Assembly: GCA_907165135.1 (NCBI GenBank)
Contig: OU015567.1
Coordinates: forward strand, 6,758,001-6,822,000
Direction of reading: 5' to 3'
Source of the DNA: Oikopleura dioica
Taxonomy: Eukaryota > Animalia > Chordata
Length of the DNA: 64,000 bases
Position numbers and translations under genes: made by a program
The notes under the pieces: model-generated
The model's input: the letters and a program-made list of their open reading frames with translations, nothing else
The model's database searches: none
Told to the model about the DNA's origin: nothing
Part shown: piece by piece, positions 10,781 to 21,000 of the stretch
How the letters are laid out: each line of letters opens with the position of its first letter
How positions within the stretch are numbered: the stretch's first letter is position 1

Positions 10781-11731
10781 ATGGATGAGGAGAAGTACTG
10801 GTATGATACCGACACGTCTCAAGATGAAAGCATAAAGAGGCTGTTAGCAATCTCAATTGGCGATTTTCAGAACGAATGGCTACAAAGCCTGCCATCAGCA
10901 GTTATAGATAGGGTTCGTTTTTCGTTCACAGTGGAGTAATCATAGAATGGTTTTAGGAGCGAGTCGTTCGGACATTTTCAAAGCTCAATTTTCGCCCTAC
11001 GCAAGAACGCTTGTCAATGCTGACGAAGGCCGACGGGCGGAAGTTGATTCTCAAGTTCCGTGAGAAATTCAAAGACGGAATCGAGACTAAATGCTTGGTG
11101 ATTTATCTAAAATCTCATGGTGGACTTCATCCTCACAAAGGCACGATGATATATTTTTCGGATGAGGCAATGCCCCTTTGGGATTTGCTTGAGCCGCTCT
11201 TGCAATTGCCACAATTGCAGGGAGTGCCCAAAATGGTCATTTACGAGGCTTGCAGGTAAAACCAAATCCAACTTCCGGGCTCAAAAGTAAAATATTCAGA
11301 GGCGAAAATGCTCAATATATTACTGCAGGAGTCGCCACACCAACAACTCCAGTTGCATATGTCCATCGTCGAATCGATACTATTTTATTCGCGGCTTCAC
11401 CTGAAGCTGAAATGGCTGTCGCTGGTTATGAGAATGAGGTGTGTTCTCCTTTTACTGATGCTCTCTGCAAAACACTGTTGGAAAATAAAAGGAACGGGAT
11501 CGTCATCGTCTTTTCTCGACTAGTACTGTAAGTATGATATTCTGATCCCAATCAAGCCAGGATGTGTTTGATTTGGGCATAAAAGTCACCAATGACCTCC
11601 GAAAAGCGAATTTACCAGTGAGGGAGGCAGATGGCACGATCCACGCATGGGCACTGGCTCCTGTGATGGAGTCGTGTTTGACGAAACACCTCCGACTGAT
11701 GCATCCAAATGAGGAAGCAAAGTATGGCTGA
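10781..11731 (+). CDS. Prodomain-less caspase-like protease 4 (close paralogue of 3)
   Basis: IKRLLAISIGDF, IYLKSHGG, VPKMVIYEACR|G, ILFAASPE, SPFTDAL, ESCLTKHLRL; intron positions match protease 3. Confidence 0.85.
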
Positions 11732-12002
11732 GTTTCAGCTCCTTCGCTCTGAATTCCATCGCTCAAAAATTCAAATTGGCCATTCGAGCCCTCTTCCTGA
11801 TGCTCTCTTTTTCTACATGCAAACTTCATTCATTGAAAACTTCGTTCAAACTATTTCAATCATTCTTATCTTCTCCTCATTGTGTACAAAGAAATAATCT
11901 AAGTCTGTGATTTCTTTCCTCAAGCATCGACCCAAGCTCAAAACAGTTCCAAACTAAATTATTCCTATCCACGTTTATTTCCAATAAGAATCAAAAGAAG
12001 CC

Positions 12003-12899
12003 ATGTTATCGGACGCACAGCCTTCAACCGAATTTATCCGGGACGTGATTAAACGAGCAGTTGTCAAAATGGCTCTCAAGCTCGAATACGACCACATCGA
12101 GCCCGACGCTCTCGAAACTCTCGCTGAAATGTTCCTAACGACTCTTGGGAATATTGGCTTCCAAACGAAGGAATTCACTGAATTGGGGTCGCGAACCGCC
12201 GCCACGATTAATGATGTTCTCTCTGCCACGGTTGAACTTGAAATTGACCTGCCAGAAAGCGTAAAGAATATTTTGGAAAAGAACCAAGATTATCCGCTTC
12301 ACAAGAAAGATCGAATCGTAAGGAGTGAATTCTGAAATCACTTTTGAAAATCAATATTCAGGAACAAGCTCATATTCCCGACTCGCCAGCTGTCAAAGCG
12401 ATCGCTCCAAGAAAAGAACACGCGCCCCATATCAACGATTTTATGCCCATCTTCCCTGAACCGCATACCTACGTCACCACTGGTTAGTTTCATCTTTTTT
12501 CTCCTATCAATGGCTTTTTCAGCCGCTTTTTGTAAAAACGCCCATCATGAAGAATTTGAATCGACAAAATTACAAGCGCTTGAAAAAATCCGCGACGCGC
12601 AAAACTCTCTTTCCAAATTTGTTTCAAAAACTGCTCGAGGAAGAGGAAGAACTGCCATAATCAAGTATGAGAGCTGCTTTCTCTTGACATTAACATTGTT
12701 AAGCCTGATACCAGCAGATGATTCGACCGGTATAACGACGCCATTGTCGACGGATATCTCAGAATACAAAGCGATAAACGTCAGCGAACAGCACGAATGG
12801 GTTACGACTCCGAAAATTCCAAGTGTAAGCGAAAATGCGACTCTGGAACAAATCAGTCAAAATCCTTTCGTAAAGCCGCCGAAAAGAGCGAGAATGTAA
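12003..12899 (+). CDS. TAF8: TFIID subunit 8 (BTP histone fold plus TAF8_C)
   Basis: ALETLAEMF...TELGSRT...DV histone fold; FMPIFPEPHTY motif; C-terminal NPFVKPPKR basic motif; two short introns. Confidence 0.88.
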
Positions 12900-13024
12900 A
12901 TTTTCCTTCATTTCAAATAATAAACTTTGATATTCAAAAATTTACAAAAAAAAAACTTCAAGCGCATATTTTTATATTTTGTGTTTGCTCTTGCTTATCA
13001 GTTGTGTTTGTCTTATCAGTTCTA

Positions 13025-14900
13025 CTAGAAGCAGGCAGTGAAAAAGGCTAGAGGCTCATCATCAGGCCAGATTTGTTTGTTTTAACTTTGAGAAGCTTGA
13101 CATCCAGCTCAGCTCTTAGATCTCGGTAATTTATCTTTTTTTTTGGATCATCACGTTTCATGAAATTACTACTTTCTTAAAAAGATGATCCGTTCCAGCG
13201 TTGTAAACTTGACGAACTGGCCGGATCCATGTCCCATATGAGATGGAACCTGGCGAAGAGCTGTTGGGCAAGGATCTTCCTCGATTGTTGTATTCGCCTC
13301 TAGGCCCGCTATTCCTGACAATCCAGGCATCTATTGACGGGATAGAATGAACCTTTTTAATGCAAAATACAATACGGACACTTGCTGACAAGACGCTATG
13401 AATACTTAAACTTAATGAACCCTTTTCTATTGCTAAACCGTCCCCAAGTCGCTTCAAAGTCTTTCTCGGCCAATTTCTGTCCATCGCCGAGTACAGTCAG
13501 CGTCCACTGGACGTCTATCTGACTATGGCCAGAGTCAATTGACAGATGCAAGTAAATCCCGAGCCAGCGACACCTGAACGATTTTTTTTATATTGGCGAA
13601 ATAAATCTTAATCCTAATCAACCTGTCTGCCGCGCTGTATTCGTTGCAGTATTCCAGCCACATTGGCACGCTGGCCATAGAGAACGTGTTCGAAGCCACT
13701 GAAACAGTTACAGTAAGAAACTGCCCTTAATCGTGCATCTTAAAATTGGCCAAAAGGTTTGTGGAAAAACCTATCAATTTAATATTTCATTCGACCCCTT
13801 TTTCGGAAGAAATTCTAAGCTAAGATCAATTGAGAGACTCTAATTAGACACGAGCTCGATCGAAAATAAAGGTTCATTTGGTTTTTATTGTCGAATAGAG
13901 AATAATAAGAAGCGCTGGAGAATAATCAAAATAGAAGCTCACCAGAATATTTGACGGCGACCAGATTGACATCGAGATCAAAGGAGATTTTCTTTTCGCA
14001 TAAGCGCTTTCGGATCATTCTTTTTCAAGGTTTCTTATTGTTTAATACTCGACTGATAATCAGGTCTAAGAGAACGCTCCTGTATCGCCGAACGAGCTCT
14101 GCTTCAATACATCCTTGAGGAATCGGCGCTGAATCTTCTGGGAAGCGAAATTTGTCGAGCAAAATCAAAGAGAGAACGGTGTCTTCATCCTCGAGCTTTG
14201 GAAAATCGTCAAGTAAGCAACAAAGAGCATCGTTCAAGTCGCTCGTTGTAGCTTTGCTAATCCCTTCTTTGTAAACCTCCAACAGGCGCGTTTCCAACAA
14301 GTGCTCGGTCACCATCATTAATTGCAAAACCTCGACCGGTTGATGGGACATTTTGCTTTTCAACGCGTCAATTATGCTTTCTTGTAGCTTCTCGTTGTCG
14401 ATAAAATGCGTGAAGTCAAAGAGCTTGATTAGCTCCAACGTCGAGGGATTCCGAGACAGGCCATAAATAAAATCGCCGAATAACTTGAGAATATTTATAT
14501 CGAAATATTTGAATTCGACGATTTTTCTGTTTTCGAATTCTCGCTGTAAATAATTTTTCTCTGGGCTTTGGATAAATAAAAGTATGATCGGCCCAAGCCA
14601 GACGACTTCCGAAGACTTTTAGGTGATCCCAAAATGATTTTTAACCCGGCAAAGATAATTTTTGAGACATTCTCTTTGTTGATTTCAATCCATAAGAACT
14701 AATTTGGCCTTCTTTATATCTCTCTTTTTCATCTTCGACAATATCTAGCAACATGTTTCTATCGAGCATTTTTGCTTCGGGAAGACAATTTGTAAGGGGA
14801 AATTTTGAATGTTGATTTTTCAGGGTTGGAGAGGATATACATTTCTGCTAAGCTCAGGGCAAGAACGTGCGTTGGAGCGCTGCCAGCCCCGTGCCCATCT
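13025..14900 (-). CDS. BTB/POZ - BACK-like - MATH-like protein, multi-exon, boundaries approximate
   Basis: VEFKYFDINILKLFGDFIYG (BTB C-terminal helices), helical region in ORF 14025-14438, and SNTFSMASVPMWLEY/WLGIYLHL/VQWTLTVL/TWG..FI (MATH-like strands). Confidence 0.55.
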
Positions 14901-14940
14901 GCTCGACTTCCAACTTATTCTCTAAGGAGTCAGAAAAACG

Positions 14941-15267
14941 ATGCGCTACGATGGTATAAAACGTTGTTTGTGTTTTGCTAAAGAAACAAATTTATTTGAA
15001 GGATTGTCGGCGCAATTTGGCGCATCGGAAGACGGCGTAAAGGAGTTTCAAGCAGATGATATTCACGGCCACTTGAGCATCAAACTTGGACAGAGCTTTG
15101 AAGATGTTCAGGTCATGCTGCAGAACAGAATTATTTTCTTCATCTTTCTTCCCTTTCTCTTCCTCTACTCGACACTTTTGTGGCTTTCCGTGGACTGGAT
15201 TGGTCTAGGAAGAAGAATAGTCAATGGAAATCCGGAGCTGGATGCTTCGAAGCCCGTCAAAATATAA
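14941..15267 (+). CDS. Possible small protein with one hydrophobic segment (108 aa ORF)
   Basis: ATG-initiated ORF with IIFFIFLPFLFLYSTLLWL and AATAAA 10 nt after the stop; no recognisable family. Confidence 0.25.
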   Translation: MRYDGIKRCLCFAKETNLFEGLSAQFGASEDGVKEFQADDIHGHLSIKLGQSFEDVQVMLQNRIIFFIFLPFLFLYSTLLWLSVDWIGLGRRIVNGNPELDASKPVKI

Positions 15268-15324
15268 TTTGTATATTGAATAAAACGAATATTTATCATA
15301 AACAGTTTATTTTATGACATAAAA

Positions 15325-17835
15325 TCAATAACTAACCTCTTGCTGCACTGTTTTTTCTTCTTCATTTCCTTTTTGCAAAACGCTGTCAATGGGCTTTGAA
15401 TCATCAAAAACTTCGGAATATTTGATAGTCTGTGGGACCCCGAGCTCGTCATAGATTGTAAGAGTATTTCTATGGTAACAAGGAAGATGATTTAGCTTCA
15501 ACAAACATTCTCTATCTTCGATATCAGATTTCTCGAACAGTTCAATGATTTCTTTTGGTAATGGTTTGTGAGTGAGAGTGATCGAATAAGCCTGTGGAAT
15601 CAGGTACCATTCGTTCGTTTTCATCTCAGCAAGGTTTTCATTTACGAGACGCATGAATTTTCCATCTGCATCAGAGTAGATGAAACACTGTTTATCAGGA
15701 CAATATTCCATCATTTCGTCGGCAGCATAATAGGACCTTGATTTTGGGATTTTGAGCACAGGTGTGTCAACCGAGACTTGTGTATTTTGAAGAATGTACT
15801 CGTCCTTTTCAATTCTATCTAGCACCATTTGGTGAAAGTATACCTCGTTCGACGATGGGTTCAAACGAGCAGCAGTAACAGTAAGAGGACGAGTGAAAAT
15901 GAAATTTTCGTTGAGAAGAACTACATGTACATGTTTTGAAGTCATTAATTTTTCGTTTTTCCTTACCTTGTTCACTTGTAAATGTTGCAGATAAGATCGG
16001 TTTTTGTGAAGCACCAGCTTTATTTTTCGAGGAACAAAGACTTCTTAGGATATCCCAGCCACTTGGATGCATAATAGTTTCTGTTGACAGGCGATCAAGG
16101 AGAAGCTCAATTTCAGTGACTTGTAAGTCCTTTTCTTTCTCAACCGGGTTCAAGTTTAACCCGGAAAGACTCCTCGGATAAATGACCATCGTCAAGACTG
16201 TTAAAATTTTCTCAAGAGTGAACTCGTTTTTGGTGTCTTCAAATCCAAGATCAGTTTTCATTGCATGTTTTATCAAAGTTGCTACTGAGATTGGCACGCA
16301 AAGATCCGTTTCTTTTTGGTCGAGAAAGTGTCTCGTCAAATTTGTCATGTTTTCAGCAACGGATTTGTCCATGACTCTTTTCAAAGAAGACATTTTCCTT
16401 GATTTTGTAATATTTTCATCATCCAAGCATAGGCTAGAAATCGTGCTCGCAATGGAGACAATGGATTTAGTATTTCTCATATCAGAAGGGTTAGGACCAT
16501 CTGGGCTTTTTCTGTCAATCAGCCATTCTGCATTACAATCCTAGAAAGATTATTTTCAGAAAGAAAAAACAAATTTTTTATCAGATCAAACCTTCAATAT
16601 TTGTTTGATTGACTCTTTTTCGTCTTTTTTTATAGGTTTGTACATAAGAGTCCACGCCGTTTTCCAATCACAGAAAATGAGCGTCCATAAATTTATTTCA
16701 GGCACAGTAGTATCTCGTCCAGATAATGACAAGAGCTGGTAAGAGGAAGAAAATCCTGGGGTTCCACGTTCTTATTCAATTTTAAAAAATTATTTTTTGA
16801 GTTAACTTACTTAGATTTTGCGCGCTTGCGAATTGATTACCAATTCTCGCATAACCCATCAATTGGAAAAATTCTCTTCCCGACCAGCCATAATATTTTG
16901 AATTCATGCAGTCAACTGTACCGAAATCTATTATTTTGCAAACGCCTTCAGAAATCAGAATATTTTCTGGTTTCAAATCATGATGGTTAATGCCAATATC
17001 TTCGAGGTATTTGTAGCCATTCAGTATTCCGATAGCAATTTTCTTTCGTTCTTCTATATCTATGAGTTCGTTCTTCAAAAGCTCTCTAAGATTTGTATCG
17101 CATTTTTCCATTATAGTTATCCATCCAAGACAGTCGCTGAAAGTTTCATCTTCTTCGAAGTAAAACCCGAAATGAGCGTAATGCTTGATTACATTTTCGT
17201 GGTACGGAATAATTGTCATTGGAGTGTTCTCTTCGTCTATTTTTTCGCTCCTTTCTGCAGAGATTTTCGCGATCTCAAAGTCTTCAATTTTTTATCATTC
17301 TTTGTTTTGCTGACGATTTACCTGATGAAAGTGATAAATTCGCCTCTATATTAAGCTCAAAATTTTCCGTGAATAAAAATGGATCAAAGGGCTGGATCCG
17401 AACAGCGACCTCGAGGTCATCGAACTTGTCGCTAAAGACAATTGCTTCGCCTCCTTCTGCCAAGATTTTGGTCGACTCATCATAAGACCAAGCTCCAGTT
17501 TCTTCCTTTAAATCAGAATAATAGTGCATCTTATCTTTTAATTCCGGACATTTCTTGAGAATAGCAATTTGATATGGTGTCATCTTTACAATACGGATAT
17601 TGAGACGCTCGATATGTTTAATATATAACTGCAGATTGTGTGCTGTAAAAACCACAGCAAACCAGCCGGAATATAGATAATAATTCTCTCTTCCAAACAT
17701 TCTATCAACTGACAAGAGCAAACGACACAGGTTCGTTCTGCTCGAAGTTCTCGACAAACCCTGCTTGTCTGTAGTTGTCCACCATTTTATCAACTTGTCT
17801 CTGCTGAGCTGTTCTGGCTGAATAGGAGGACTCAT
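15325..17835 (-). CDS. Divergent protein kinase fused to a C-terminal papain-like (clan CA) cysteine protease domain
   Basis: Kinase: LAEGGEAIV, VAVRI, HENVI, HHDLKPENIL, IIDFG, GTPGF. Protease: DQKETDLCVPIS (Gln..Cys spacing of papain), FHQMVLD (His), YILQNT (Asn). Four short introns. Confidence 0.75.
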
Positions 17836-18042
17836 TCGGCATCAATTATTAATAAAAATCTTTCTTGAAATTGAAGAATTTTCTGACAATTCTGGCATTT
17901 TTAAGACCTCTCCTTATGATCAAATATTTGCAAGGATGTGATTTTTGCAATCGGGCAAATATTATAGACGCGTGTCAGAATTTTCCAATTCGGAAATATT
18001 TATTTATAATCAACAAGTATTGACGCGGCAGAGTCTGGGCAA

Positions 18043-21000
18043 TTAGTTTTCGTTTTTAAGCTTGAGTTCGTTCATGAACTGAATTGTACAGAGGGAACTT
18101 ATTACATCATCAGTAACGTTGGAAAGGTCTTCGAAGTTAGATATGCGCTTGTAGCCAAAGTTGAGCGGAGAGGAAGCCATTTGCACGAGCTCGTTTTCAT
18201 TGGCATCGCCAATTCCAATCGCCATTACTGCCGACTTTGATTTGAGATCGCGCGCTGATGCAGAAATATCATCTTGCGATTCGCCGTCGGTAATGACCAG
18301 CGTCACTGTTGGAACTTCCCTTCTAGCGCCGTATGTTGGGTTGAGAAGATAATCAGCAGCGTAGCCGAGAGCTTTGCCTGTCCGAGTTCCAGAGCCGGAG
18401 TAGTTTATTGCGGAGATGGCGGCGAGAATTTCAGATTTTGTGTTGAAAGTATCGAACCAAAGGACTGGTGAGACTTGGGAGTTGTATCGTAGAACAGCAA
18501 TCTAAAAGGAAATATGAAAAAACGGCTAGAAGAAAAGGGCTTACATGAGTGAGGGTTTCACTGATCGTGAAATTGCTGACAATATCTCCGACGAAAGAAG
18601 TGATGAGGTCGAAATTCTCCTCGCCGATCGACGAAGATGAGTCGATAATAAAAGCCAGGTCCACAGCAACATTATCTTCGCAGGGAACAAAACTGTCGAA
18701 GACGCAAAACTTCAACCTGTCAACAAGCTGGTTCACCAGCTTGATCAAATTATCTTCAAAAAGTGACATCAGACTGACAAATTCAAGAGGAACGGAGTTG
18801 CCGTCGTCGATGATCTGAATTAAAGAGGAGATTAGCCGACTTGAACTTTCGAAGTTGAACTTACCGGAGGACCGATGAGATCAGCTTTTTCGAGTTGAAT
18901 AAACTGCGCAACAAAGTTGAAGAAGAGTGGATTGGGCAAGTCCGAGTTTTGGATTTGAATAATTGACGTGGGTCTTGAATTTTCTCTGGCAGCGAAGAAA
19001 TCGTCCAGATTCATGTTTTCGACGGACTCGTCAGCGAATGCATCATCGAAGGAGTTATCCGAGGAGGAGTCGTAGATGATTCGAACGTTTTCGCTGTCAA
19101 CAAGTTCAGCAAACTTGAAAATTGTTTTTTCCCCGATAAGAAGTCTTTCGACAACGTTTTCAATGAATTTCTTGATGTACGAGCGCTCATTTCTATCGAC
19201 AAGTGGATCTGTAAGAATGAAGATGTTCGATTCGTCTGAGCATTTTGGCACACATTGTGGCGGTGGAGTGAGCCATTCTCCATAGACTGGGTCGCAGAGA
19301 GCTTCAGATCGGCCAATTAGGTAGTGAGAGTTTATGCAGGAGAACTCGCAGGCGTTGTTGAAGCAAGATGTGATAGTTGTTTCGTTATCGACTGGGCAAG
19401 ATTTCGGACTGAAGGAGTCTCCGCGGGCGAAGTCGAAGTCTGCGAAAGATGTTGTTTCTGATTCAGTTGTGGTTGTTGTGGGAAGTTCCGTCGACGTTGA
19501 AGTAGTTGTAGTAGTCGAAGTCGTTGTCTGTGGAGTTGTCGTGGTCGTGGTTGTGGTGGAGGTCGTGAAAGTGGTGGTGGTGGTGATGGTCGTCGTCGTT
19601 GTCGTCGTGGTGGTGGTGGTAGTGGAGGTAGTCGTTGTCGTTGACGTCGTTGTTGGTGTTGATGTAGTCGTGGAAGTTTTTGTTGTAGTTGAAGTTGTGC
19701 TAGTTGTTGTCGTTGTAGTAAGAGTGCTAGTTGTTGACTTAGCAGTTGAAGTTGTTGTTGACGTTGATGTTATAATAGCGGTTGTTTCTAAAGCTTTTGA
19801 GATTGATGTAGTGCTTGTTTGAGACGTTGTAGTCGTAGTTGTAGATGTAGTAGAAGTTGTTGTTGTTTCACATTGTCTTGGTGTTCTGCAAGGGAAACGT
19901 CTAACCGAGTCTCCAGGACAGTCACCAACGCCTTCTCCACAAGTTCGTTTCCGAAGTCTTGTTCCGATTCCACAAGTGACTGAGCATTCGCTTTCATTCG
20001 TCCAATCTGACCACGTTGCGCACTTGTCCACTTCGCATTGCTGAGCTTCTGCCGTTTCGCCTTTGCAGTCGCTGCCAGGAGAGCCGTTCATACACGTTCT
20101 CTCTCGAGTTTGAACTCCTGGACCACAAGAGGTCGAGCAACTTCCCCAAACAGTCCATTCAGCCCAGAAAGAACAAAGAGGGATTTTCTCGCAATCTCGA
20201 GTTTCTAGTGATTCCCCTTTACAATCGTCGGTATTTCCATTTTGACATGTGCGGGAGCGAGTTTGCGTCGTTTCATCTTCTTTCTTTCTACAACCAGAAG
20301 GACAGACGGACCAGTCAGACCACTGGCTAAAGTAAGGGCAAGGGACCAACACGCATTTTTTAATTTGCTCAGTTTGCCCATCGCAAGTGTCAGTTTTTTT
20401 GCCGAGATGATCCAAGCAGAGTCTTGATCTAGACTTTGTCCCCCGCCCACAGGTTTTTGAACACTCCGACCACTGCGACCAATTTTCGAACTTCGGGCAG
20501 ACGAACGAGTTGCAAGTTATAAATGACTCGTCTTCGACTTTATCCAAGATTTCTTTCGGGATACCAACGAATCTTCCGCCGCCGCAAGAAGTGCTGCATT
20601 GAAGAGATCCACTAGCCCAGCTTGACCATTCGGACCAGATTATTTCCTCGGAGCTTTTCAGGAAAACTGGGACACATTCTCTTTCGATCACACATTCTCT
20701 GCTTTCTTCCCATTTCCCGGGGCAAGATAGAGACCCTTGCTCAGCTCCACGGCAACGCCTTTGTCTTCGGGTCACTCCTTCTCCACATGTTGCAGAGCAT
20801 GGCTCCCAGCTCGACCAACTCGACCAGCCAGGTGCTTCCACACAAGCTTCTTTCATTGCTGCGGCAATCTTCTTTGCAGTTCTCGGAAGTTGATAAGCGT
20901 TGTTTATTCGAATGGCAAGTCGCTCACTAGGATCGGAAGCCATTTGATTGAGAACTCCCATAGGAATGTCAGTCCCGATTCCGATGGCAACAACAGCTAC

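Noticed and set aside
19334-19822. Val-rich 162-aa ORF on +
   Set aside because: Antisense shadow of the poly-Thr stalk.
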